From positions 34,804,799-34,868,798 of the forward strand of contig NC_057740.1 in NCBI RefSeq assembly GCF_004010195.1: 64,000 bases of DNA, in the 5' to 3' direction. Position 1 is the stretch's first letter. Every line of letters begins with the position of its first letter. The stretch is from Chiloscyllium plagiosum. Its lineage: Eukaryota. The position numbers and the translations under genes are program-made. The notes beneath the pieces are model-generated. The model was not told the DNA's origin. It saw only the letters and a program-made list of their open reading frames with translations, and did no database searches. Positions 1 to 13,574 of this stretch are shown in pieces.

Positions 1-379
1 TTCTAACTTTGAGCTTCCAACCTAGCTCCCTGAAAGCCTGTCTAACATCCTCGGCACTCCTCCTACCTATGTCGTTGTTGCCAATATGGACCACGACTTC
101 GGGCTGCTCCCCCTTCCCCTCCAGGACCCGGAAAACACGATCAGAGACATCACGTACCCTTGCACCTGGGAGGCAACATACCAATCGTGAGTCTCTCTCG
201 TTCCCACAAAACCGCCTATCTGTGCCCCTAACTATCGAGTCCCCAATTACTACTGCTCTGCTCTTCTTCACCCTTCCCTTCTGAGTAACGGGGACAGGCT
301 CCGTGCCAGAGACCTGAGCCCCATTACTTACCCCTGGTAAGTCGTCCCCCCCACAAGTATCCAAAACGGTATACTTGTT
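1..379 (-). mobile_element. CR1 LINE ORF1 fragment, SGNH/GDSL esterase domain (continues off the window edge)
   Basis: Manual minus-strand translation is open: NKYTVLDTCGGDDLPG...RAVVIGDSIVRGTDRRFCGNERDSRLVCCLPGARVRDVSDRV...EQPEVVVHIGNNDIG...; GDS, PGA and GxND blocks match CR1 ORF1 esterases. Confidence 0.9.
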
Positions 380-609
380 CTCTCCTTCGCGCTTTTAAAG
401 GGGGGAAAAAACTTACCCAGGTAAGCTTACACTAACTGCTTCTGGGTCTCGGCTGCCCCTCTGGTCGTCGTCACTTCCCCCTGGTGCTCCCGCTCTTTCT
501 GTGAAGAGAGAGTGAAAGAGAAAAAAAAACACCGCTGCCCGCTACCGGTAAGCACTTTTAAAACCAAACGGTCTTACCTTTGCTGCTGCTCGCACTGGAA
601 GTGGAGCAG
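380..609 (-). promoter_or_regulatory. CpG-rich CR1 5' leader / putative internal Pol II promoter (copy 1)
   Basis: Homologous to 21880-22106; GGAAGTGACG (ETS/CRE-like), TTTAAAAG, several GGTAAG 5' splice-site-like motifs on both strands. Confidence 0.65.
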
Positions 610-3600
610 TTTACAGGCATGTCCTGGACTGATCATTTGCAAGCACGTACTAGACTGATCATTTACAATCAGGTAACGGACGGATCGTTTACAAGCACAT
701 ACCGGACTTATCGTCAACAAGTATGTACCAGACGGATCATTTACAAGCATGTACCAGACTGATCAGTTACAAGCACATACCATACCAATCATTTACATGC
801 ACATACCGGACTGATCGTTAACATGTATGTACCGGACTGATAGTTTCCAAGTGTGTACCAGACTAATCATTTGCAAACGTGTACCGGACTGATCATTTCC
901 AAACACATATCAGACTGATCATGTACAAGCGCATACCAGACTGATAATTTCCAAACACATACCAGACTGATCGTTTACAAGCACGTACGGGACTGATCAT
1001 TTACAATCACATACCAGACTGATTATTTACAAGCACATATTGGCCTGATTGTTTACAAACAAGTACCAGACTGATCATGTACAAGCACGTACCAGACTGA
1101 TAATTTATAAACACGTACCAGACTGATCGTTTACAAGCGCGTACCAGACTGATTATTGAAAAGCACGTACCGGACTGATCATTTACAAGCACGTACGAGA
1201 CTGATCTTTTGCAAGGTCGTACGAGACTGATTGTTGACAAGCGCGTACCAGGCTGATTGTTTACAAGCACGTACCAGACTGATCATTTACAAGCGCGTAC
1301 CAGATTGATTGTTGACAAGCGCGTACCGGACTGATCATTTATAAGCACGTACCAGACTGATCATTTACAAGCACGTACGGGACTGATAATTTCCAAGCAC
1401 GTACCAGACTGATCATTTACAAGCACATAACGGTCTGATCACTTACACGCATGTACCAGACTGATTGTTTCCAAGCACGTACCAGACTGATCATTTCCAA
1501 GCGCGTACATACTGATCGTTTGCAAGCACGTACCGGACTGACCATTTACAATAACGCACCGGACTGATCGTTTACATGCACGCATGAGACTGATCATGGA
1601 CAAGCACGTACCAGATTCATCATTTACAAGCGCGTACCAGACTGATCGTTTACAAGCACGTATCAGACTGAACATTTACAAGCACGTACCAGATCGATTG
1701 TTGACAAGCACGTACCAGACTGATCATTTAATAGCACGTACCAGACTGATCATTTACAAGCACGTACCAGACTGATAGTTTACAAGCACGCACAGGACTG
1801 ATTATTTACAATCACGTACCAGACTGATTGTTTACAAGCACGCACAGGACTGATCATTTACAATCACATACCAGACTGATCGTTTACAAGCAAGCAGGGG
1901 AGTGATCATGTACAAGCACATACCGGACTGATCATTTACAAGCACGTACCAGTCTGATCATTTACAAGCATGTACCAGACTGATCATTTACAAGCACATA
2001 CCAGTCTGATCATTTACAAGCACGTACCAGACTGATCGTTTACAAGCACATACCGGACTGATCATTTACAAGCACATACCAGTCTGATCATTTACAAGCA
2101 CGTACCAGACTGATCATTTACAAGCACGTACCAGACTGATCATTTACAAGCACGTACCAGTCTGATCATTTACAAGCACGTACCAGACTGATCGTTTACA
2201 AGCACATACCGGACTGATCATTTACAAGCATGTACCAGACTGATCATTTACAAGCACGTACCAGACTGATCATTTACAAGCACGTACTGGACTGATCATT
2301 TACAAACATGTACTGGACTTACCGTTCACAAGCATGTACCAGAGTGATCATTTACAAGTTTGTACCAGACTGATCATTTACATGTACGTATCGGACTGAT
2401 CTTTTACAAGCGTGTACCAGACTGATCATTTATAAGCACATACCAGACTGATCATTTACAAGTGCGAACTAGACTGATCAGTTACAAGCACATACAGGAC
2501 TGATCATTTCCAAGCACGTGTCATACTGATCATTTACAAGCACATACCAGACTGATTGTTCACAAGCATGTACCAGTCTGATCATTTTCAAGCACGTACA
2601 TGACTGATCGTTAACAAGTACATACCACACTGATCGTTTACAAGCATGTACCGGACTGAACGTTAACAAGTACGTCCCGGATTGATAGTTTACAAGCATG
2701 TACTAGACTGATCATTTACAAGCACATACCGGATTGATCATTTACAAACATGTACCAGACTGATTGTTTCTAAGCATGTACCAGACTGATCAGTTACAAG
2801 CACATACCAGACCAAATCTTTACATGCATGTACCGGACTGAACGTTAACATGTACGCACCGGACTGATAGTTTCCAAGCGTGTACCAGACTAATCATTTG
2901 CAAACATGTACCGGACTGATCATTTACAAGCACGTACATACTGATCATTTACAAGCATGTACCGGACTGATCGATTCCAAGCGCGTACCAGACTGATCAT
3001 TTACAAGCATGTACCAGACTGATCATTTACAAGCACATATCAGACCGATCACTTAAAAACACGTATCAGACTGATCATTTACAAGCACGTACCAGACTCA
3101 TCATTTACAAGCACATACCAGGCCGATCACTTAAAAGCATGTACCGGACTGATCATTTACAAGCATGTACCAGATTGATCTTTTGCAAGGACGTATGAGA
3201 CTGATTATTGACAAGCACGTACATGACTGATCGTTAACAAGTACATACCACACTGATCGTTTACAAGCGTGTACCGGACTGAACGTTAACAAGTACGTAC
3301 CGGATTGATAGTTTCCAAGCACGTACCAGACCAATCATTTACAAACATGTACCGGAGTGATCGTTTACAAATGTGTACCAGACGGATAATTTTCAGGCAC
3401 GTGCGAGACTGATCATTTACAAGCATGTACCAGACTGATCATTTACAAGCACGTACACACTGATCATTTACAAGCATGTACTGGACTGATCGATTCCAAG
3501 CATGTACCAGACTGATCATTTACAAGCACGTACCAGCCTGATCATTTACAAGCATGTACCAGACTGATCATTTACAAGCACGTACCAGACCGATCACTTA

Positions 3601-4255
3601 AAAACACGTACCAGACTGATCATTTACAAGCACGTACCAGACTCATCATTTACAAGCACATACCAGGCCGATCACTAAAAGGCACGTACCGGACTGATCG
3701 TTTACAAGCATGTACCAGATTGATCTTTTGCAAGGACGTACGAGACTGATTATTGACAAGCACGTATCAGACTGATCATTTATAAGCACGTACCAGACTG
3801 ATCATTTCCAAGCACGTACCAGCCTGATCATTTACAAGCACGTACTGGACTGATCATTTACAAACACGTACTGGACTTACCGTTCACAAGCATGTACCAG
3901 AGTGATCATTTACAAGTTTGTACCAGACTGATCATTTACATGTACATACCGGACTGATCGTTTACAAGCATGTACCGGACTGATCTTTTACAAGCATGTA
4001 CCAGACTGATCATTTATAAGCACATACCAGACTGATCATTTACAAGTGCGTACTAGACTGATCAGTTACAAGCACGTACAGGACTGATCATTTCCAAGCA
4101 CGTACCGGACTGATCATTTACAAGCATGTACCAGACTGATCATTTACAAGCACGTACACACTGATCATTTACAAGCATGTACTGGACTAATCGATTCCAA
4201 GCATGTACCAGACTGATCATTTACAAGCACGTACCAGACCGATCACTTAAAAACA

Positions 4256-4583
4256 NNNNNNNNNNNNNNNNNNNNNNNNNNNNNNNNNNNNNNNNNNNNN
4301 NNNNNNNNNNNNNNNNNNNNNNNNNNNNNNNNNNNNNNNNNNNNNNNNNNNNNNNNNNNNNNNNNNNNNNNNNNNNNNNNNNNNNNNNNNNNNNNNNNNN
4401 NNNNNNNNNNNNNNNNNNNNNNNNNNNNNNNNNNNNNNNNNNNNNNNNNNNNNNNNNNNNNNNNNNNNNNNNNNNNNNNNNNNNNNNNNNNNNNNNNNNN
4501 NNNNNNNNNNNNNNNNNNNNNNNNNNNNNNNNNNNNNNNNNNNNNNNNNNNNNNNNNNNNNNNNNNNNNNNNNNNNNNNNNNN
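4256..4583. other. Assembly gap (N run) within the satellite
   Basis: N characters. Confidence 1.
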
Positions 4584-7500
4584 TACCGGACTGATCGTTT
4601 ACAAGCATGTACCAGATTGATCTTTTGCAAGGACGTACGAGACTGATTATTGACAAGCACGTATCAGACTGATCATTTATAAGCACATACCAGACTGATC
4701 ATTTCCAAGCACGTACCGGACTGTTCATTTACAAGCGTGTACCAGCCTGATCATTTACAAGCACGTACCAGACTGTTCATTTACAAGCACGTACCAGACT
4801 GATCATTTACAAGCATGTACTGGACTGATCATTTACAAACACGTACTGGACTTACCGTTCACAAGCATGTACCAGAGTGATCATTTACAAGTTTGTACCA
4901 GACTGATCATTTACATGTACGTACCGGACTGATCGTTTACAAGCACGTACCAGACTGATCATTTCCAAGCACGTACCGGACTGTTCATTTACAAGCACGT
5001 ACCAGACTGATCATTTACAAGCATGTACTGGACTGATCATTTACAAACACGTACTGGACTTACCGTTCACAAGCATGTACCAGAGTGATCATTTACAAGT
5101 TTGTACCAGACTGATCATTTACATGTACGTACCGGACTGATCGTTTACAAGCATGTACCAGACTGATCTTTTACAAGCATGTACCAGACTGATCATTGAT
5201 AAGCACATACCAGACTGATCATTTACAAGTGCGTACTAGACTGATCATTTCCAAGCACGTACCGGACTGATCATTTACAAGTGCGTACCAGACTGATTGT
5301 TTCCAAGCGCGTACCGGACTGATCGTTTACAAGCACGTACCGGACTTATCATCAACTAGTACATACCAGACTGATTGTTTACAAGCACATACCATACCGA
5401 TCATTTACATGCACGTACCGGACTGATCGTTAACATGTACGTACCGGACTGATAGTTTCCAAGCGTGTACCAGACTAATAATTTGCAAACAGGTACTGGA
5501 CTGATCATTTACAAACACATAACTGTCTGATTGTTTACAAGTTCATACCAGACTGATCTTTTCAAGCATGTCCCAGACTGATCATTTACAGGCACGCACC
5601 GAACTGATCGTTTACAAGCATGTACCGGACTGATCATTTCCAAGCGTGTACTATACTGATCATTTGCAAACACGTACCGGACTGACCATTTACAATCACG
5701 TATCAGACTGATCATTTACAAGCACGTACGAGACTGATCATTTACAAGCATGTTCCAGACTGTTCGTTTACAAGCGCATACATGACTGATCGTTAACAAG
5801 TACGTACCGGACTGATCGTTTCCAAGCACGTACCAGACTGATCATTTACAAACACGTACTGGAATGATCGTTTTCAAATGTGTACCAGATGGATCATTTA
5901 CAGGCACGTACCAGACTGATCATTTACAAGCGCGTACCAGACTGATTGTTGACGAACGCATACCGGACTGATTGTTTACAAACACGTGCCGGACTTATTG
6001 TCAACAAGTACGTACCAGATTGATCAGTTACAAGCACATACCACACCGATCATTTACATGCACATACTGGACTGATCATTAACATGTACGTACCGGACTG
6101 ATAGTTTCCAAGGCGTGTACCAGGCTAATCATTTGCAAACACGTACTGGACTGATCATTTAAAAACACATACCGGACTGATTGTTTACAAGCACATACCA
6201 GACTGATTGTGTACAAACACATACCAGACTGATCATTTACAAACACATACCAGACTGATCCTTAACAAGCGCATACCAGACTGATCAGTTACAACCACGT
6301 GCCAGACTGATCATTTACAATCACGTACGGGACTGATAATTTACAAGCACATATTGGACTGATCGTTTACAAACATGTACCAGACTGATCGTGTACAAGC
6401 ACATACCAGACTGATCATTTACAAACACGTACCAGACTGATCTCTTACAAGCGCATACCGACTGATTGTTGACAAGCACATACCAAACTGATCATTTCCA
6501 GACACGTACCGGACAGGTCATTTCCAGGCACGTACCAGACTGATCGTTTACAAACACGTACCGGACTGATCTCTTACAAGCGTGTACCAGACTGATCGTT
6601 TGAAAGCACATACCGGACTGACCATTTACAATCACGTACCAGACTGATCATTTACAAGCACGCACGGGACTAATCATGTACAAGCACGTACCAGACTGAT
6701 TGTTTACACGCATGTACTGGACTGATCATTTACAATCATGTACCAGACTGATTGTTTAAAAGTACGTACGGGACTGATCATTTACAATCATGTATCAGAC
6801 TGATCGTGTACAAGCACGTATGGGACTGATCATTTACAAGAACATACCAAACTGATCATTTACAAGCACGTAACGAACTGATCGTTTACAAACACACGCG
6901 GGAATGATAATTTACATGCGTGTACCAGACTGATAGTTTACAATCACGTACAGGACTGATCATTTACAATCACGTAACAGACTGATTGTTTACAAGCACG
7001 TATTGGACTGATCATTTACAAGCACATACTGGACTAATCATTTCCCGGCACGTGCCAGACTGATCATGCACAAGCACGTATGGGACTGATCATTTACAAG
7101 AATGTACCAGACTGATAATTTACAATCGTGTACTAGACTGATCGTTTACAAGCGTGTACCATACTGATCGTTTGGAAGCATGTACCGGACTGACCATTTA
7201 CAATCACGTACCAGACTGATCACTTACAAGCACGTACCAGACTGATTGGTTACAAGCATATACCGGACTGATCATTTATAAGCACGTACCAAACTGATCA
7301 TTTAAAAGCACGTATTGGACTGATCTTTTACAAGTACATACCGGACTAGTCATTTACCGGCATGTACCAGACTGATCGTTTACAATCACGTACGGGACTG
7401 ATCATTTACAAGCACGTACCAGACTGATCGTTTAAAAGCACGTATTGGATTGATCATTTACAAGCACATACCGGACTAATCATTTCCCGGCACGTGCCAG

Positions 7501-8197
7501 ACTGATCATGCACAAGCACGTATGGGACTGATCATTTACAATCACGTACCAGACTGATCGTTTGAAAGGATGTACCAGACTGATCGTGCACAAGCACTTA
7601 CCAGATTGATCATTTACAAGCACATGTGGGACTGATCGTTTACAAGCACGTACCAGACTGATCATTTACAAGCACGTACCAGACTGATCATTTTCAAGGA
7701 CGTACCAGACTGATCGTGCACAAGCGCGTACCGGACTTATCATTTACAATCATGTACCAAACAGATCATCTACAAGCACATACGGGACTGATCATTCACA
7801 AGCCTGTACCAGACTCATAGTTTATAAGCATGTACCAGACTGATCGTTTACAAGCGTGTACCAAACTCGTAGTTTACAAGCACGTACCTGACTGATCGTG
7901 CACAAGCGCATACCGGACTGATCATTTACAATCACGTAGCGGACGGATCATTTACAAGCACATACGGGACTGATCATTTACAGGCACGTACGGGCCTGAT
8001 CGTTTACAAGCACGTACCTGACTGATCGTGCACAAGCGTGTACCAGACTGATCATTTACAAGCACATACGGGACTGATCATTTACAAGCACGTACCAGAC
8101 TGATTATTTACATGCATGTACGGGACTGATCGTTTACAAGCACGTACCAGACTGATCATGCACAAGCGTGTACCAGACTGATCATTTACAAGCACGT

Positions 8198-8516
8198 GGG
8201 CGGCACGGTGGCACAGTGGTTAGCACTGCTGCCTCACAGCGCCAGAGATCCGGGTTCAATTCCCGCCTCAGGCGACTGACTGCATGGAGTTTGCACGTTC
8301 TCCCCGTGTCTGTGTGGGTTTACTCCGGGTGCTCCGGTTTCCTCCCACAGGCTAAAGATGTGCAGGTCAGGTGAATTGGCCATGCTAAATTGCCCATAGT
8401 GTTAGGTAAGGGCTAAATGTAGGGGTATGGGTGGATTGCGCTTCGGCGGGTCGGTGTGGACTTGTTGGGCCGAAGGATCTGTTTCCACACTGTAATGTAA
8501 TGTAATCTAATCTAAT
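8198..8516 (+). mobile_element. HE1-like (V-SINE) tRNA-derived SINE, young full-length copy inserted in the satellite
   Basis: A box TGGCACAGTGG, B box GGTTCAATTCC, V-domain-like GGAGTTTGCACGTTCTCCCCGTGTCTG, CR1-like tail, (TCTAA)n end; splits one monomer with GT duplicated. Confidence 0.9.
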
Positions 8517-9508
8517 GTACCGGACTGATCATTTACATGCACGTATGGGACTGATCATTTACATGCACGTACCAGACTGATCAGTTACAAACACGTACCA
8601 CACTGATCATTTACAAGCACATACCAGACTGAAAGGTTACAAACACGTACCGGACTGATCAGTTACAAACACGTACCACACTGATCATTTACAAGCACGT
8701 ACCAGACTGATTGGATACAAGCACATACCAGACTGATCGTTTCCAAGCATGTACCAGACTGATCATTTACAAGCATGTACTGGACTGATTGGTTACAAGC
8801 ACATACCAGACTGATCACTTACAATCACATACCAGACTGATTGGTTACAAGCACATACCAGACAGATCATTTGCAAGCGTGTACCGGACTGATCATTTAC
8901 AAGCTTGTACTGGACTGATCATTTACAAACACGTACCAGACTGATAATTTACAAACACGTCCTCGACTTATCGTTCACAAGCATGTACCAGACTGATCAT
9001 TTACAAGTGTGTACCAGACTGATCATTTATATGTATGTACCGGACTGATCGTTTACAAGCATGTAACGGACTGATCGTTTACAAGCGTGTACCAGACTGA
9101 TTATTTACAAACGCGTACCGGACTGATCGTTCACAAGCACATACCAGACTGATTATTTACAAACGCATATTAGACTGATCATGTCCAAGCACGTACCAGA
9201 CTGATCATTTACAAACGCGTACCGGACTGATAATTTACAAATATGTACCGGACTGGTAATTTACAAACGCTTACCGGACTGATTGTTTACAACTATGTAC
9301 CAGACTGATTGTTTACAAGCACATACCAGACTGATCCATACTAGCATGCACCTGACTGATTGTTTACAAGCATGTACCAGACTGGTACTGTTTACCTCAA
9401 GATTCAGGGGACATACATAGATCAATTGGAGAGTCTGATGTTCCTCTCCTTACAGCAGCGAACGCTATGCGCAACAAAAACAGAAATTGCAGGAGTATCT
9501 CTGTAATA

Positions 9509-9995
9509 AACTTGTAAACGTACTTGTTGTACTCCCTCCAAGGCCAATATATCCTTTCTAAGGCTTGGTGCTTCGATATGCTAGCAGTATTTCGCAAGGG
9601 CTCTAACCAGGATTTTGTAAAACTGCAGCTTAATTTCGGCTGTTTTGTACTTGGTCCTGTGGATATAAAAGCCAGCATTCCATTAGCATTCTGGTGGGAC
9701 TTGCTGAAAGAGCCAATGATAACTTGATGGGTCAAATAGCTGCCTCCTGTGTCAATCTTTTCTTCGACACTATAAGGCGATAAGGAGGAGGACAACAGTA
9801 CAAATCCATGTACTACAGACTTTAACTCAAATGAAGGTTGTAAATATTGCACAGATTTTTCTTGCAATAGAGATGTTGTGGGATTTCATTGAAATTTCCA
9901 AGATTGTGTGAGACATTAAGAAATCCAATCCAGGCGGATGTTCCCAGTGACAAAAGGTTGAAACATCAGGAGGTGCAAGTTTAAAATAAAGTACA
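9509..9995. mobile_element. Degraded CR1 ORF2 C-terminal fragments (minus then plus)
   Basis: Minus-strand ANGMLAFI-like motif; eroded 3'-end motifs. Confidence 0.55.
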
Positions 9996-10822
9996 CAGAG
10001 AAATTAGCAGAGATCTTTCAAAGAAAGAATCATTGACTTGTTGAAAAGAGACATGAGTGAATGCTATTGTAATAAAAGGGACACATGCATGAAAGAAATA
10101 GCAAGATGTGTTTGCCAAGGACGGGCCAATTGAAAGATACGACAATAAGGTGGACAGATAAAATTATCGCGTCATCCTGATTCGACTTGTGCTGATTATT
10201 CATCCTCAATATATAAATGGGAAACAGAAGGAGAACAGGAAACATAACATAGGAACAGACCATTTGCCTCAATCAGTCCATAAGTGTTTATGCTCCATTG
10301 CCTCTCATTTTATTTCTCAGCTAAATCTACCAATTCACTCAGTGTTCCCTTCTCCCTCAAATGCCTGTCTGGCTTCTACTTAAGTGCATTGTTACTATTC
10401 TCCTTAGAGACTCTCAATGGTAGCAGGTTCCACAGTCTCACCACTCTCCAAGTAAAATACGTTTCTTCTGAAATCCCTCTTAGGTTTCTTGGTCACTGCA
10501 TTGATGGCCTCCGAATATGTAAAATGACACTCTCTCTGTGTCCATTCTATCTAAATTTTAACCTTGCATAAATGTCAGTATGTTTATTAAGTCACCACTC
10601 CACTCAGCACCCCCTCCAAAGCAAAGAGACCCATCTTATCCTGATGTGTAAAACCCTGCATCTCTGTTATCTGCAAAGGGTCAACTCTTGAGCATGTATG
10701 TTGATGATGATAATGACAATATCTTAATCACTTGTGGATAAAGAGATGCCAAAGAAACAGCAACAGGTTAGGCCGTATGCTGAGTTGGAATGAATAATTC
10801 ACTTGGTGAAAGTAAGGCAAAA

Positions 10823-11332
10823 TCCCCATATCCAGCTAGCTCATTAGAGAGAGAGACAACTGGTGGTGGCTTAACCTGAAATCCTTACAGTGCGGAAGCA
10901 TGCTGACTGGCTGACCCTCTGAAGAGCATCCCACTCTGACACACCCGCCTATCCTCTCCCTGTAACTCTGTATTTCCCATGGTTAATCCACCTAGCCTGC
11001 ACATCCCTGGATGCTGTGGACAATTTAGCATGGTCAATCCCCCCTAACCTGCATACCTTTTGCTCTGTGGGATGAAACCAGAGCACCCGGAGGAAATCCA
11101 CGCAAACACGAAGAGAATGTGCAAACTCCATGCAGACAGTCACCCAAAGCTAGAATCGAGCCAAGATCCCTGGCACCATGAGGCAGCAGTGCTAACCACT
11201 GAGCCTCTATGCCTCAGGTGACAGGCAATGTTGAGAAGGTGGGATCTCCAAGGTAACCTCAATCAGCGTGGAAGTTGAACCCAAAGCAGTTGGTGTCACA
11301 AACCAGCCATCCAGCTAACTGAGATAACTGAA
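10823..11332 (-). mobile_element. tRNA-derived SINE family 2, interrupted by an HE1-like SINE
   Basis: Similar to 28988-29215 and 57535-57750; head AGCTCAGTT-like plus GGTTCAA B box. Confidence 0.6.
10879..11213 (-). mobile_element. HE1-like SINE (older subfamily)
   Basis: GCAGCAGTGCTAACCACTGAGCC head and GTGCAAACTCCA V-domain in antisense. Confidence 0.85.
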
Positions 11333-11689
11333 AACCTGACTGTTTAGTTTGACCTATTACTTTTAAAGACACTGAAGATTCTCACTATCTCCCCATTTTA
11401 GAGAAAGGAACCACAAACAGCATCTAGAACTCCCCCAGACAACAATAGAATATCATGCTTGGGAATACTCTCTGTTTCCTGTCCACTGTTTTCTACATTC
11501 AGATGAAGATATAATGAGCAGAACAAGTCAACGCATTCACTGTGAAAAATGGGTCACTTGAAGTACTATCTGTAAAAGGTCTTACCTGTAGGTGTCAATA
11601 TATAAGCTGTCCTTTGATCCTTTGACAAATTCCTCCAAAAATGCACACTCGAAGTATGCATCAAGTGTAAAAGGGAATTGCTAGGGCTT

Positions 11690-11785
11690 TTGTGGTGCAG
11701 TGATGTTATCCCAGCTTCTAATCCAGGAGACCAGGGTTCAAGCCCCTATCTGCCCCAGTGGAGTGTAATCACTTTGTGGGAACAT
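11690..11785 (+). mobile_element. Short tRNA-derived SINE (family 3), degraded
   Basis: TGGTGCAGTG...GGGTTCAAGCCC; related pieces near 27955-28050, 28183-28283 and 20625-20875 (-). Confidence 0.45.
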
Positions 11786-11831
11786 AAATAAAAGGAAGCT
11801 GCTGGGGTGGGTGGTCACCATTATAAAACTT

Positions 11832-12020
11832 GGAGAAAGTGAGCAGTGCAGATGCTGGAGATCAGAGTCATGAGTGTGGCGCTGGAAAGGCTCAGCAAGT
11901 CAGGCAGCATCCGAGGAGCAGGAAAATCAACTTTTTGGGCATCAGGATTGAGAAACGTCAATTCTCCTGCTCCTCGGATGCTGCCTGACGTGCTGTGCTT
12001 TTCCAGCACCACACTCGCGA
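11832..12020. mobile_element. Fold-back Penelope-derived short element
   Basis: GAGTGTGG..CTGGAAA..GTCAGGCAGCATCCGAGGAGCAGGA arm and its reverse complement. Confidence 0.8.
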
Positions 12021-13122
12021 CAATTATGAAATTACATTGGCATTCAAGTCAAAAAGTGGGCTTATCTCAAACTCCTATGCAGTGTTAACAGCTTGATCAC
12101 TTGTACCCAATTAAGGTACTGGTAAATATAACAAAAATACATGAGATTCATTACTAATATGAGTATACCCTGCCATGGCTACTAGTAACAGGCTGACTTA
12201 ACAATACAGAGACATGATTTATTAGGGGAGCTGGTAAAACGAGCCCATCTTGTATGCCGGGTTGGATTATACACCCTGATTTATGGTACAGTCCTACATA
12301 AACATACGTAATCTAAAATCTTGTATCTAGATCACTGCTGTGTCTGTTACACATCATTGCTTTTGAGCAAACGGAAGGAATAGATTTAAACTCCTACCTA
12401 CAGTGAACATGTGTATTGAATTCATCTCCAGATGTACGAGATGTCCCTCGATACAATTCATGGTCAGCTGCAGGATATTTAGTTTCGAAAAGACAAGAAG
12501 CATTCTAACCCATAATGTACAAAGTAATACCCAACAGGTGCCTGTAGCTTTAAAGCTACAAGGTGTAATTTTGCCATAACTTGGAGATCAATTAGATGCT
12601 GATTGCTCACAAGAAGTGCTGAGTGTAGTTCGAGGTCAGAGAGTCTTACTTTCCTTGTGTGACTTTGAAGTAAAAAGGAAGACGCTTTGAGTGTCTTTCT
12701 CACGTCAATTAAGGACTGATAGCGGTCTGTAGATTCTTGGGTCAGTTATAGGTCAGACTGCCTTTTTCTTCTAGAAATCTGCAGTTCTAACCACAAAGCT
12801 TGACATTTGAAGTGTGACAGCTGTGGGCTGTGGGTTACTTGGGTAAAATCAACCAGGATTTCAAACTTATCAAAACTAATGGCTTTATTAAAATTCAAAC
12901 ACAACAGGTTTACAGGCTGAGATGTGTGCAACTTTTAAATAACCCATAAAACCTGTTTATAACAAACTCATCCGCGTCTTCAACTCCCTCTTTGCCCTTC
13001 CCTATTTTTGTGGGTCAGAAGTGGTGGAACAATTCTTCCTTGTTAAAAACCAACTGGTTCATTAATGTCCTTAGGAAAGGAAATCACCCAACCTCAGCTG
13101 CTCTGGCTTACACATGAGACAA

Positions 13123-13460
13123 TGGCCTAGTGGTATTATTGCTGTTATTCCAGAGATGCAGATAATGCTCTGGGTGCCTGGGTTTGAATCCCACCATGGC
13201 AGATGGTGGAATTTGACTTCAATAAAAATATCTGGAATTAAGAATCTAATGTAGACTGCGAGCTCATTGTTGGGAAATACCCACATGGCTCACTAATCTT
13301 CTTTAGAGAAGGAAAATGCTGTCCTTACTGATCTGACCTACATGTGACTCAAGATCCACAGCAATGTGGTTGACTCTTAACTGCCCTCTGGGCAATTAGG
13401 GATGGGCAATAAATGCTGGCCCAGCCAGCGACGCTCTCATCCCGTGAATGAATAAAAAAA
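13123..13460 (+). mobile_element. tRNA-derived SINE family 4 nested in an older copy of the same family (13040-13560)
   Basis: TGGCCTAGTGG A box, GGTTTGAATCC B box, tail GGGCAATTAGGGATGGGCAATAAATGCTGG, A-rich end; tail repeated at 13475-13550. Confidence 0.75.
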
Positions 13461-13574
13461 ATTCACAATTTCTAGCTGCCCTCTGGGCAATAAGGAATGG
13501 GCTATCAAAGCCGGTCAAGCCAGTGATGGCCACATTCCATGAATGAATAATAGGATTTTTAAAAAATCACATAA

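Larger units (their letters stand above)
609..9395. repeat. 26-bp tandem satellite, consensus GTACCAGACTGATCATTTACAAGCAC, roughly 310 sequenced monomers
   Basis: Continuous 26-bp periodicity; interrupted only by an N gap and one SINE. Confidence 0.97.

Noticed and set aside
4177-4686. Long ORFs spanning N runs (also 22205-22701 and 41195-41856)
   Set aside because: Length comes from assembly gaps.
8198-8270. Functional tRNA gene
   Set aside because: tRNA-like A/B boxes are the SINE head and continue into SINE body and tail.
609-9395. CRISPR array or repeat-protein gene
   Set aside because: Monomers abut with no unique spacers, there are no cas genes, and the context is vertebrate. The short ORFs are 26-bp periodicity artefacts with frequent stops.
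11581-11685. Minus-strand coding exon (AYFECAFLEEFVKGSKDSLYIDTY, donor CAG|GTAAGA)
   Set aside because: Weak acceptor, no recognisable protein, no partner exons.
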